From Chloroflexota bacterium (lineage in GTDB: Bacteria; Chloroflexota; UBA11872; VXOZ01): a DNA stretch of 64,000 bases. This document shows positions 46,572-58,324 of the stretch, in pieces (the stretch's first letter is position 1; each line of letters opens with the position of its first letter). Both the position numbers and the translations under genes were made by a program. The DNA lies in assembly GCA_963663275.1 (NCBI GenBank), contig OY760183.1:2080001-2144000 (forward strand), in the 5' to 3' direction. The notes beneath the pieces are model-generated. The model had not been told where the DNA came from. It saw only the letters and a list, made by a program, of their open reading frames with translations, and made no database searches.

Positions 46572-47975
46572 ATGATGCAAAGTCGAGTGCTTCAATGGTT
46601 GCTGAGGTTGCTCATGGTTGCGTTAGCTGCAAGTCTTGCTGGCTGCGAGACAAATACCCTTGGATATGTGGAAGATTCAACCACCGATAGGGTTGCAGAA
46701 GGGCGCAATGGGCGTATAGCAGATCTGTTCGGGCCTTGCGGCCCTAGGCATGAAGGTGCAGGCAGTTACTATTTTGAGCAGACTATGCAATGGACGCCGG
46801 ACGGCGCGCACCTCGTTTTCGATCACCTCGGGACGATACTAGTAGTCGATCGTGAAGGTACCCGGTTGCGTACGCTTGTCGATGTGGCTCCTCGCTACCC
46901 TATGTGGAAGCGTGAACCAAGTGTCTACTTCCCTCACGGAATCTACTTTGACGTGTCGCCGGACGGCGCGCGCGTAGTGTATACGTCGTGCGAATTCAGA
47001 AGGGAAGCCCCGCACGTAGATCCGGAGCGCGGCCAGGACTACTATGACTATGAAATCGTCGTGATAAACCTGGATGGTACCGGCAAGCGGCGTCTAACGC
47101 GTAATGCCGAATTCGAACACTATCCAGTCTGGTCGCCAGATGGCAAGCGCATCGCCGCCATTGGAGAGGAGATTATTACGATATCAGCGGACGGGACCGA
47201 AGTGCGGCAGGGGGTAGCACTCACGACATATGTAATGAGGAGGGAGAGCACCACGGACGTCGCTGTAGATGCGGAAATGTCGGATGTACGACAGGGAGAA
47301 GCGATACCAACACCTTCCCTTAGGGAGAAAGCCTACTACGTAACCTTAGTGCAGGCGCCGCCACAGTGGTCGGCGGACGGGGAGTACTTGGCAATCATGG
47401 CGGCCTATGAAGGGGTTCGTCTCTACACGATACGGACCGACGGGTCAGACTGGAGACGGGTCGCCGGCACGGTGGTTGGCGAAGCACCGCATCTTGCCCA
47501 ATCGTTCAGGTCGCTGAGGGGGCCAGTATTGCCGATGTGGTCGCCGGACGGGGAACTTCTGGCCTTCGTGATGGCTGATGAGGAGGGCGAGCCCGCCGGC
47601 GTCTACACGGTGCGTCCCGATGGCTCCGACAGATTTCAGGTGCTGGAAGGGCAAGGCACCGGGTGGCACGTCTCCCAAGTGTTGTGGTCGCCGGATGGTT
47701 CGGAACTGCTGATTGGCTCTGATAGTCACTTCTTCCTTGTCGCGCGTGACGGCAGCAACGCGCGCCGTGTGGAGCTTGCAACTCCCCTTGCCAAGGCTTG
47801 GCGCGTGGGGGCGTGGTCTCCCGATGGAGAGCGTATCGCCATTTACGTTCCAGGTGAATTCCATCTCCGATTGCCACCCCAAATCTACACCATTACCCGG
47901 GAGGGAACGGACTTGCGCGCCTTGGTCAAAAGAGGAGAAGACGGCTTCCTGGCGCCAGCAAATTCATCACAATAG
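46572..47975 (+). CDS. TolB/PD40 beta-propeller lipoprotein, paralog of 44705..46288
   Basis: Lipobox LAGC; shared WTPDGAH, SPDG..YTSCEF, YEI..INLDG.G..RLT.N and C-terminal PAN. Confidence 0.85.
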   Translation: MMQSRVLQWLLRLLMVALAASLAGCETNTLGYVEDSTTDRVAEGRNGRIADLFGPCGPRHEGAGSYYFEQTMQWTPDGAHLVFDHLGTILVVDREGTRLRTLVDVAPRYPMWKREPSVYFPHGIYFDVSPDGARVVYTSCEFRREAPHVDPERGQDYYDYEIVVINLDGTGKRRLTRNAEFEHYPVWSPDGKRIAAIGEEIITISADGTEVRQGVALTTYVMRRESTTDVAVDAEMSDVRQGEAIPTPSLREKAYYVTLVQAPPQWSADGEYLAIMAAYEGVRLYTIRTDGSDWRRVAGTVVGEAPHLAQSFRSLRGPVLPMWSPDGELLAFVMADEEGEPAGVYTVRPDGSDRFQVLEGQGTGWHVSQVLWSPDGSELLIGSDSHFFLVARDGSNARRVELATPLAKAWRVGAWSPDGERIAIYVPGEFHLRLPPQIYTITREGTDLRALVKRGEDGFLAPANSSQ

Positions 47976-48105
47976 GTGCAAGCAAGGATCCTTGCTTGCA
48001 CCTTAGAATCTAAGTCGGTGAGTCGGGCAGTTTGCTTGGATTCTAATCTTAGCAATGAAGAGTTGGCGTTAGGCTTTGATTGACATTGGAGTAAAGGCGC
48101 TAGAC

Positions 48106-49392
48106 ATGCTGGATGCAAATGAGGATCTCCAGATTTTCGGCGGGACGCCCGCGGTGGCCGCGGGTACCGTGCAGCCGTGGCCGCGGGTGGCGGCGGCGGA
48201 CAAGGCGGCGGTGATGGGGGTGTTGGAGCGCGGCGTGCTGTGGGGGGCGGCGGCGCCGGAGGCGACGGCGTTGCAGGAGGAATGGGCGGCGTACGTGGGC
48301 GCGCGCCATTGCCTGGTGACGAACAGCGGCACGGCGGCCTTGCACATGGCGGTGGCCGCGGCCGGCGTGCAACCGGGCGACGAGGTTATTACCACGCCCA
48401 TGTCGTGGTCGTCCACGGCCACGTGCATCCTGCACCACAACGCCATTCCGGTGTTTGCCGACATTGACCCCGCGACCTACACGCTCGACCCCGCGGAGGT
48501 GGAGAAGAAGATCACGCCGCGCACGCGGGCGATTCTGCCGGTGCACCTCTACGGCCTGCCGGCCGACATGGACGGCATCATGGCGGTGGCGGAGAAGCAC
48601 GGATTGAAGGTGATCGAGGATTGTTGCCAGGCGCAGGCGGCGCAGTACAAGGGGCGCATGGTGGGCACCCTGGGCCACGTGGGCGCGTTCAGCTTCAACG
48701 GCAACAAGAACCTGCCCGGCGGCGAGGGCGGCGCGCTGGTGACCGATGACGAGGAGGCCTGGGACATGGCGGCGCGGGTGCAGCAGTTTGGCGAACGGCG
48801 GCGCACCGACGGCGAGCGCGAGTACAACGTCTACGGCATGGGCTGGATGTACCGCGGCACCGAAATGACCAACGCCTTCATCCGCTCGCAACTGACGCGC
48901 ATCGACGAGACCACGGCGCATATCCAGGCAAACGCGGCCTATCTGGATGAACACCTGGCAGGGATACCGGGTTTGCGTTTGCCCAAGGTACCGCCCGACC
49001 GCACGCATGTCTACTTTCGGTATGTAGCGGAGTTTGCGCCGGAAGAGGCGGGTCTGGACGTCGAACCGGGACCCGCCAGCGAAAAGGTCAGAGAGGCGCT
49101 GCGGGCGGAAGGCGTCGGCCTCGGCCGCGCGGAGTTCCTGCTGCCGCGCATGACGCTCTTCCAAGAAAAGGAAGGCTACGGCCGCGGCTGTCCTTGGACG
49201 TGCCGCTACGATAGCACGATTGAGTATAAGCCCGAGGACTATCCCCATGCTGCCAGTGCCGTGGATAGAATCATTCCGCTGATGGGGCTGACCCCGCCTA
49301 ACGATGAAACCCTAATGGCGGGCTACGTGCGGGCGTTTGAGAAGGTGTTCGGTCAGCTTGAGCGGGTGGTCACGATTAACGATTGCGGATGA
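48106..49392 (+). CDS. DegT/DnrJ/EryC1/StrS family PLP aminotransferase
   Basis: TNSGTAALH, ILPVHLYG, IEDCCQA, FSFNGNKNL. Confidence 0.92.
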   Translation: MLDANEDLQIFGGTPAVAAGTVQPWPRVAAADKAAVMGVLERGVLWGAAAPEATALQEEWAAYVGARHCLVTNSGTAALHMAVAAAGVQPGDEVITTPMSWSSTATCILHHNAIPVFADIDPATYTLDPAEVEKKITPRTRAILPVHLYGLPADMDGIMAVAEKHGLKVIEDCCQAQAAQYKGRMVGTLGHVGAFSFNGNKNLPGGEGGALVTDDEEAWDMAARVQQFGERRRTDGEREYNVYGMGWMYRGTEMTNAFIRSQLTRIDETTAHIQANAAYLDEHLAGIPGLRLPKVPPDRTHVYFRYVAEFAPEEAGLDVEPGPASEKVREALRAEGVGLGRAEFLLPRMTLFQEKEGYGRGCPWTCRYDSTIEYKPEDYPHAASAVDRIIPLMGLTPPNDETLMAGYVRAFEKVFGQLERVVTINDCG

Positions 49393-49407
49393 ACGGAAGA
49401 AGCGACG

Positions 49408-50034
49408 TTGCTGAACCCTACGCTTATCGTAATCTCCGGCGCGCCGGGTACCGGCAAGAGCACGCTTGCCTGCAGGCTTGCCGAGGCGTTCCCTCTGCCA
49501 TGTCTCACCAAAGACGACATCAAAGAGCGGCTGTTTGACACGCTTGGCTGGAGTGATCGCGCTTGGTCACAGCGGCTGGGAGCAGCAAGTAACGAACTAT
49601 TGCTGTACATGGCACGGCAGATGATGGCTACTCAATCGCACTTCATTCTGGAGAGCGCATTCTGGGCAGAAAAGAGCCGGCCACAGTGGGCGCAGCTCGT
49701 CCAACAGTACCGCTATGCACTCCTTGAGATTCACTGCACTGCACCGCCTGCAGTGCTTGCTCACCGCTTCCATGAGCGTGCGCCCGATCGTCATGCGGGC
49801 CACGTTGACGAAGCCGCCCACGATGCGGTGATGAAGCAAATACACGGCGGCGTCTATGCTCCTCTCCGGCTTTCAACCACGGTAATAGAGGTAGATACTG
49901 CCGATTTTGCGCGTGTGGACTATACCGCCATCGAGAAAATAGTCCGAGCGCACCTGGAGCGTCCGCAAAGTAATGTGGAAGGTACAGTGCTAGCTACGGA
50001 GCAGGCGCCATCAAGTTGCCGGAGATTCGGCTGA
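49408..50034 (+). CDS. P-loop small-molecule kinase (AAA_33-like)
   Basis: ISGAPGTGKSTLA, KDDIKE, RHAGH. Confidence 0.8.
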   Translation: MLNPTLIVISGAPGTGKSTLACRLAEAFPLPCLTKDDIKERLFDTLGWSDRAWSQRLGAASNELLLYMARQMMATQSHFILESAFWAEKSRPQWAQLVQQYRYALLEIHCTAPPAVLAHRFHERAPDRHAGHVDEAAHDAVMKQIHGGVYAPLRLSTTVIEVDTADFARVDYTAIEKIVRAHLERPQSNVEGTVLATEQAPSSCRRFG

Positions 50035-50061
50035 AAGAGCGCACGCAACGTGGTTGGCCGG

Positions 50062-51063
50062 CTAAGGAAACTGAATGGGCTTGCCGCTGGCGGCTGAACG
50101 CTGGGCCGCATCTACCACGCGCATCGCTTCATGGGCGTGCCTTACTTTGACAGCCGGCTCCGCGCCGGTGCGCACGCAGTCCACGAAGTGCTTGACCTCG
50201 TGGAAGATAGCGCCGACGTAGTCCTCTCCCAGCGTCGGGCCGTACCACGTATCGTGGGTTTCGACCTCCTGCTGAGAAATGGTCATGCTCGTAGCGGGCG
50301 CGCAATCGATGCGGATCATCCCTTTCGTGCCGACGGCGTCGAGGCGCGCGTCCAGCGCCCGGTAGTTCTGGGCGGGCAGGGTCCAGGCGTGCTCGAAACT
50401 GGCAACCGCGCCGGAGGCGAATTTCACCAGCGTGAATACTGCGTCATCGATGCCGAGATCCGTCGCCAGCGCCTGGTGGGACTCCGCCGTTACGCGCACC
50501 ACCGGCTCATCGACCATTGAGAGCACATACTCGATGTCGTGAATGCCGAGGAATTGCAACACCGTCGTGTTGCCTTCGAACTTCTCAGCACTATCGATGG
50601 GATTGTTGCGGCGGGCGTAGACGTGAATCACGTCGCCGATTGCGCCGCGCCGGTAGTCCTCCAAGGGCATGGCGTAGCGGGGGTCGAAGTGAAGGGTGTG
50701 CCCCACCAAGAGCGTAATTCCGGCGCGCTCCACGGCGGCGACCATGTCAGCGGCGTCGGCGACCTTGATGGCCAACGGCTTCTCAAGCAAGATGTGCTTG
50801 CCGGCCTCCGCCGCGGCGATCACCGCGTCGCGGTGCAGCCAGTCCGGCAAACAGATGCTTACCGCCTGAACGTCGTCACGGGCAAGAAGGTCCCGCCAAT
50901 CAGCGTACACCGCCGCGCCGGCCGGGTCGGCGGCGGCGTGGGCGGCGTGGGTATTGAGGTCGGCTACCGCTCGCAGTTGCACCTCAGGAAGCTGCCGGTA
51001 GACGTTCGCGTGCCGTTGTCCCATCTGTCCGGCGGCGATAACGCCGATGCCGATTTGGTTCAT
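50062..51063 (-). CDS. Gfo/Idh/MocA oxidoreductase
   Basis: AGQMG, AGKHILLEKPLA, GIHDIE. Confidence 0.92.
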   Translation of the reverse strand: MNQIGIGVIAAGQMGQRHANVYRQLPEVQLRAVADLNTHAAHAAADPAGAAVYADWRDLLARDDVQAVSICLPDWLHRDAVIAAAEAGKHILLEKPLAIKVADAADMVAAVERAGITLLVGHTLHFDPRYAMPLEDYRRGAIGDVIHVYARRNNPIDSAEKFEGNTTVLQFLGIHDIEYVLSMVDEPVVRVTAESHQALATDLGIDDAVFTLVKFASGAVASFEHAWTLPAQNYRALDARLDAVGTKGMIRIDCAPATSMTISQQEVETHDTWYGPTLGEDYVGAIFHEVKHFVDCVRTGAEPAVKVRHAHEAMRVVDAAQRSAASGKPIQFP

Positions 51064-51204
51064 TTACCCGTTCCTCCATTAGATGAAGAGAGGGCGCAAT
51101 CACGCCCCCGTAGTGTCACTCTATGGTTTTTTGGGGCTACGCCGTGCTCTATGCCTTTGGCGTTGGCCGAGCAAGTAAGCGATTCTTACAGCTCCACGCC
51201 GGGA

Positions 51205-52242
51205 CTACGCCTGCATGTGTTCAGCGATAAGACGCGCCGGTTCGACCGGCAGACCGGTCTCGATGGAGCGTTCGGCGGCTTCGATCATGGCAACCACCGC
51301 CAAGCCGTCGCGGGCCGGTATCGCCGGCTCGCCGCCGTCCAGCACGCAGTCCACCATGTTCCGCATGGAGTTGCCCCAGGAGTGATCAGTCTTGAAATAC
51401 GACCACATCTTGGGCCGGATCGTCAGTTGGCGTTCTTCCGTATCCAGCGTGAAACCGCGACTGGAACGGTCGAGCGCGACCTTGCCCTTTGTGCCGTAGA
51501 GCGAAAGGTACTGCTCGACGATCGCCGGATAGCCTTCCGGCACGATCCAAGAAGTCTCAAAGGTGATGGTGCAATTCTCGAATTCCACCATCGCCTGCAC
51601 ATAGTCATACGCATCCACGCCCTTCTGGGGCAGAAGGCGCTTCTCGCCGCGCGCGTAGACGCTGACCGCCTCCTGGCCGATGATCCAGCGCATGTAGTCC
51701 ATCGTGTGGGGAAAGAGAAACCAGTGAGGGCCGGATTGGCTGCCCCACGAGAGCATTTGGGTGGGCACCCACACCGTGTCGGAGAGGCGCGAGAAGCCAA
51801 AGACCGGCTCGCCGATTTCACCGCTTTGCACGCAGTCGCGCAGTTCCTGGATGTCGCTGACCCAACGGTTGCCGAGGCTCACGCTGAACAGGCGGTCGTT
51901 GCGCTCCGCCGCCTGCACCATGGCTACCGCGTCGGCAACGCTGGTGGCCAGAGGTTTCTCGACCAGCACGTGCTTACCGGCCTCGAGCATAGTAACGACT
52001 GCGTCGCGGTGGGCAAAGTCGGGCGTGGCCACGCTCACGAGCGCCACGTCGGACGCGGTGATTGTCTCAAGACTGGGCGCGGCTACGCTGCCCAGGCGCT
52101 CCGCCACCGCCTGCGCGCGGTCGGGATTGGCATCGTAGACAAACGCAAGGTGGGCGCGGTCATAGGCCGCATACACGTCGGCGTGCTGTTCGCCAATCAA
52201 GCCCACGCCGACAACGGCGGCGCTCAGGCGGTCGCCAGCCAT
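51205..52242 (-). CDS. Gfo/Idh/MocA oxidoreductase
   Basis: GVGLIG, ATPDFAH, GKHVLVEKPLA, PHTMD. Confidence 0.92.
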   Translation of the reverse strand: MAGDRLSAAVVGVGLIGEQHADVYAAYDRAHLAFVYDANPDRAQAVAERLGSVAAPSLETITASDVALVSVATPDFAHRDAVVTMLEAGKHVLVEKPLATSVADAVAMVQAAERNDRLFSVSLGNRWVSDIQELRDCVQSGEIGEPVFGFSRLSDTVWVPTQMLSWGSQSGPHWFLFPHTMDYMRWIIGQEAVSVYARGEKRLLPQKGVDAYDYVQAMVEFENCTITFETSWIVPEGYPAIVEQYLSLYGTKGKVALDRSSRGFTLDTEERQLTIRPKMWSYFKTDHSWGNSMRNMVDCVLDGGEPAIPARDGLAVVAMIEAAERSIETGLPVEPARLIAEHMQA

Positions 52243-52263
52243 GGCGGTCTCCCCGGTGCGCGG

Positions 52264-52644
52264 CTACCTGATTTCGAACTCTTCAGACCAGGAAATCTGG
52301 CCTTCCTCGGCCACGGCCGTAACTTCGATAATGTACTTGCCCGGTTCCAGGCTTTCGGGCACGGTCCAGGTCCAGCGCACGAAGCCGTCCTCTCCCGCCA
52401 ACTGGGCCGTAAACTCCTCGATGGCGATCGTCTCCTCGCCGCGCATGAGCACGGGGGTGACTTCTGCGCCTTGCTTGGACGCCGCATGAAGAATCGCGGT
52501 TTTCCCACGGTGGACGACTTCCGAATACGTGAGAATGCGCAATGGTATGAACTGCGCTTCTTCCGGCGGCGCGTCTCCCACGCCGAGTTGACACGCGCTG
52601 AGCATGGCGCCGCCTGCCACTACCAAGAAAACTCGTCTTCGCAT
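52264..52644 (-). CDS. Small lipoprotein, probable Ig-like beta domain
   Basis: MRRRVFL...LSAC; WTWTVPESLEPGKYIIEVTA; ggagg RBS upstream. Confidence 0.7.
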   Translation of the reverse strand: MRRRVFLVVAGGAMLSACQLGVGDAPPEEAQFIPLRILTYSEVVHRGKTAILHAASKQGAEVTPVLMRGEETIAIEEFTAQLAGEDGFVRWTWTVPESLEPGKYIIEVTAVAEEGQISWSEEFEIR

Positions 52645-52734
52645 TAGGTTCCTCCACTTACCGGAGCGTTATACACGGGCTCTCCACCACAAGGACTGTT
52701 GCTCCCGACCGTCGCGCAGTAGACCGCACCGGCG

Positions 52735-53760
52735 CTAGCCGATGCGAACCGGTCGTCCTTCCTCGATGGACTGATAGGCGGCCAAGATGGCTTCCACCCC
52801 GGCGCGGCCGTCTTCCCCTGTGACCAACGGAGAGCGTCCCGCGATTATGGCCTCGCAAAAATCCTTAAGCAAATAGTAATTCATTGACTCTGATGTATCA
52901 ATCGACGAGATGGCGCCGCTCCGCGTTTCGGTACGCACAACGGCTTGTCCCGTGATTTCGATCTCGATCATGCCGCGCGTGCCGAGCAGGCGCAGGTAGA
53001 CGTTTCCCCACTTCGACCAGTTTTCCGGGCGGTTCCAGGAAGGGTCGGTGGAAGCCAGTATGCCGCCTTCGAACGTCTCGACGAGAATCGCCACGTCGTC
53101 CACGGCGATGTGCGGCCGCTTGAGGGTGTCGCCTTCCGCGTACACTTCCACGATCTCCTTGCCCGTGAACCAGCGCATCAGGTCGGTGACGTGGACGATG
53201 TGGTCGCGAATCGTGCCGCCGCCGGAACGCTGCGGATCGATGAACCAGCCTTCCGTAAACGGCCGGAGATGATTGGTGCCGTGCATAGCCAGGATGTCGC
53301 CAATCTCGCCGGCGTCCACGCGCTGCTTGGCCTGCCAGGCGACGGGGGCAAAGCGGCAGGGATACGCCGTGCCCAGGTAGACGCCGGCATCGCGGCAGGC
53401 GGCGATCATGGCGTCGGCCTCTTCCAGGGTGATTGAGAGCGGCTTCTCGCAGAGTACGTGCTTGCCGGCCCGGGCCGCGTCGATGGTCATCTGCGCGTGA
53501 TCGGCGTTGGCGGAACAGATGGAAACGGCCTCCACCTCCTCAAGCTCCAGGAGTTCGTGGTAATCGGAAAAAACCTTGACCACCGGGGCATCGGGACGCG
53601 CGGCGAGCATGGCATTCATGCGGTCGAGTTGCTCAGGGATGGAATCCGCGGCGGCGACAAGCTGGCCGGTCGGCAGATCGAGCAGCGCCGCGACGTAGCC
53701 GTTCTGGTGGCCGTGATCGAATGAAATCACGCCGATGTTCAAGGCGCGGGTTGCGCTCAT
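52735..53760 (-). CDS. Gfo/Idh/MocA oxidoreductase
   Basis: SFDHGH, AGKHVLCEKPL, SGGGTIRDHIVH. Confidence 0.92.
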   Translation of the reverse strand: MSATRALNIGVISFDHGHQNGYVAALLDLPTGQLVAAADSIPEQLDRMNAMLAARPDAPVVKVFSDYHELLELEEVEAVSICSANADHAQMTIDAARAGKHVLCEKPLSITLEEADAMIAACRDAGVYLGTAYPCRFAPVAWQAKQRVDAGEIGDILAMHGTNHLRPFTEGWFIDPQRSGGGTIRDHIVHVTDLMRWFTGKEIVEVYAEGDTLKRPHIAVDDVAILVETFEGGILASTDPSWNRPENWSKWGNVYLRLLGTRGMIEIEITGQAVVRTETRSGAISSIDTSESMNYYLLKDFCEAIIAGRSPLVTGEDGRAGVEAILAAYQSIEEGRPVRIG

Positions 53761-54653
53761 ACTGCCACCGCCTCGTTGCGCTCGATGCTCTCTACGGCCG
53801 CCCAGTAGGCGCGGATGACGGGCATGGGGCTGGGGAGATCCGCGTGAGATTCAGGTTCCGCAGCCAAAGACCCCGTGTAGGCGGCAACCATCTTTTCATA
53901 GGGCGTGCGGTGGTACGCCTCGGTCTGCGTTACGCCGCCCTCCGAGGCCAGCCACATACTGCGAGCATTGGAATCGTACTCCACCATGCCGTCGCGCCCG
54001 GTGACTTCGATGACTTCCTTGCTGTAGCTGGCGGGATAGGCGGCGCTCACTTCACCGTAGAAAATGGCGCGGTTGGCGTAGCGGCCATTGCAGAACACGG
54101 TGTCGGTATCGGGTGACGTCAGGGCCGCGGCCCTGACGTAGACCCGCCGCAAGGGTCCGCCCAGCAGCACGAGTGCCTCCATGAGTTGGAAGAGGCTCTG
54201 TCGCCACGCCTGGGCCGGTGGAAAGACGCGAATGGCGCGCACGGTGATGATGTCGCCAATGCCGGAGCGCGCGGACTGGGCGGCGGTTTCGTACTTATGG
54301 GTGTAATGGATCGGCAAGGCCACGCGCACGGCGCCGCCGGCCGCGGCCAGAATGGCCTCCGCGTTGGCGCGTGAATCGCCAAAAGGCGGGTGGATGATCG
54401 CCTTCATGCCGCTCTCCACGGCCCGGCGCGCGGCAACCGCTCGCGCGTTGACCTCACCGGCGATGTCCGCAACTCCGCCGTCCTGGCGCGGCCACTCGTG
54501 CGCCACCGGCACGCCGAGAAACGTGTTGCGTCCCTCGCTGGCGCTGTCGGGCCGCAGGATGGCAATGTCTTCCGGCGGGTAGAGGCGCTTGTACGCTTCC
54601 ACGCGCTCGGCGAGATTGTCCGCGCCGATGAGGAGAACAGACTGGTTGGCCAT
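53757..54653 (-). CDS. Divergent Gfo/Idh/MocA-like protein
   Basis: C-terminal half (GDIITVRAIR, EVTGRDGMVEYD, AAVESIE) is Gfo-like, but EKP is replaced by HPP; overlaps the next gene (ATGA). Confidence 0.65.
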   Translation of the reverse strand: MANQSVLLIGADNLAERVEAYKRLYPPEDIAILRPDSASEGRNTFLGVPVAHEWPRQDGGVADIAGEVNARAVAARRAVESGMKAIIHPPFGDSRANAEAILAAAGGAVRVALPIHYTHKYETAAQSARSGIGDIITVRAIRVFPPAQAWRQSLFQLMEALVLLGGPLRRVYVRAAALTSPDTDTVFCNGRYANRAIFYGEVSAAYPASYSKEVIEVTGRDGMVEYDSNARSMWLASEGGVTQTEAYHRTPYEKMVAAYTGSLAAEPESHADLPSPMPVIRAYWAAVESIERNEAVAV

Positions 54654-54672
54654 TACTTGCTTCTTCTTGCAA

Positions 54673-54699
54673 TGGATTCCGGCTTGCGCCGGAGTGGCG
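54673..54699. repeat. Single GGATTCCGGC..GCCGGA(A/G)TG REP-like palindrome
   Basis: tggattccggcttgcgccggagtggcg; same family as 34807. Confidence 0.7.
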
Positions 54700-54717
54700 T
54701 CGTTGTGCCGGGCGGTG

Positions 54718-55293
54718 TCAGGTTGGCAGCCAGCCGCGTTGGGCGGCAAGGAGCACGCTTACCGTCAACGCCGCCTCGGGCCGCCGGCCGTCGAGCACCT
54801 GCTGCAACAGGTCTTTCACCGGCACCAGTTCAACTTGCATAATTTCGAATTCATCATGCTTGGGTGCATGATAGTGAAGTTCGGTGGCAAAGTAAAGACG
54901 CATGGTGAGCGGCAGCAAAGGCGTGCTGGGATGATAGCGGCCCAAGGGTCGGATATTCCTCGCGCGGTAGCCGGTCTCTTCCTCCAGTTCGCGCAGCGCG
55001 CCGGCGGCCGGATCTTCACCGGCTTCGAGGGCGCCGGCGGGCGCCTCCAGCGTGGCCCGGCGCAGCGGATGGCGGTATTGGCGCACGAGCACGGCCTCGG
55101 CTTTGGCCGTGAGCGCGAGCACCGCCACCGCGTCGCGGCGGATGTCCAAGTAGGTGTAGAGCATCCGCCGGCCGTCTGCTTCCGCCTCCAGCAGGTCTTC
55201 GCGCACGGGAAAGCGCCCGCGGTAGGCGACTTTGGATTCGACTACTCGCCATCCCAGCGGCGGCTGGGAGTCTTTTTGGGTATCCTTGCTCAC
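54718..55293 (-). CDS. NUDIX hydrolase (ADP-ribose pyrophosphatase-like)
   Basis: LVRQYRHP; Nudix box PAGALEAGEDPAAGALRELEEETG. Confidence 0.92.
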   Translation of the reverse strand: MSKDTQKDSQPPLGWRVVESKVAYRGRFPVREDLLEAEADGRRMLYTYLDIRRDAVAVLALTAKAEAVLVRQYRHPLRRATLEAPAGALEAGEDPAAGALRELEEETGYRARNIRPLGRYHPSTPLLPLTMRLYFATELHYHAPKHDEFEIMQVELVPVKDLLQQVLDGRRPEAALTVSVLLAAQRGWLPT

Positions 55294-55333
55294 GAGCTTT
55301 CCTCAATCCGGGAGTGCGCCGGGCTTCACGAGG

Positions 55334-57559
<2,226 letters not shown>

Positions 57560-57574
57560 TGCGCCGCCTCTACT

Positions 57575-58315
57575 CTAGCTTTCTGGCATGGACGCGGCGC
57601 GGGCGCCCCGCAGGAGTTCATGGCCGTGCAGGTCGCGCAACGTCCGGACGAACGGAACGCCGGCCGGGGCCGGCGCGGTGTCCCGCCTGATGAGCAGCGC
57701 GCTCATGCCGGCGGCGTGGGCCGGCTCCACGTCGAACTGGGGACTATCGCCGACGTAGAGTACCTGGCCGGGCTCCAGTTTCGCCTCCGCCAAAGCCATT
57801 GTGAAGATCGCGGTATCCGGTTTTTCCACGCCCACGCAGCCGGAGATGACCTGCGTGGGAAAGTAGCGGTCCAGGCCCAGGTGGGTCACCAGTTGCGCGC
57901 CCCAGGCTTCCCAGTTGGAGATGAGGCCGAGTATGAACCCCTCATCCGCCAGCCGCTCCAGGGTAGGCAAAACGTCGTCGAAGAGCGCGTAGCCTGCCGG
58001 TTGGCTCAGTTGCCCGTAGACGCGCCGGGCAAGCGCCTGTCGCTGTGAGCCGGGAATGCCGAGTTCTGCCAGGATCGACTCGTAGAGTGACGTCCAGAAG
58101 GCGTACGACCGTTCGTGAGAGAGCGTCCAACCCCACCGGCTTTCGTCCGCAAAGACGCTGCCGCGCTCGTCCACGGCTCTGGCGGCGGCTTGGCGGGACA
58201 CGGTATAGCCGGCCGCGGACAAAATGCGGGCAATGCGCTCGCTGAGCGGCGGGCGCGGCTCGACCAGCGTGCCGCCAAGATCGAAGAAGATTGCTTTGGG
58301 AGCGTCCGGCGTCAT
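57575..58315 (-). CDS. HAD-superfamily hydrolase
   Basis: FFDLGGTL, ISN, EKPD, YVGDSPQFD. Confidence 0.9.
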   Translation of the reverse strand: MTPDAPKAIFFDLGGTLVEPRPPLSERIARILSAAGYTVSRQAAARAVDERGSVFADESRWGWTLSHERSYAFWTSLYESILAELGIPGSQRQALARRVYGQLSQPAGYALFDDVLPTLERLADEGFILGLISNWEAWGAQLVTHLGLDRYFPTQVISGCVGVEKPDTAIFTMALAEAKLEPGQVLYVGDSPQFDVEPAHAAGMSALLIRRDTAPAPAGVPFVRTLRDLHGHELLRGARAASMPES

Positions 58316-58324
58316 GGGTTGGGG

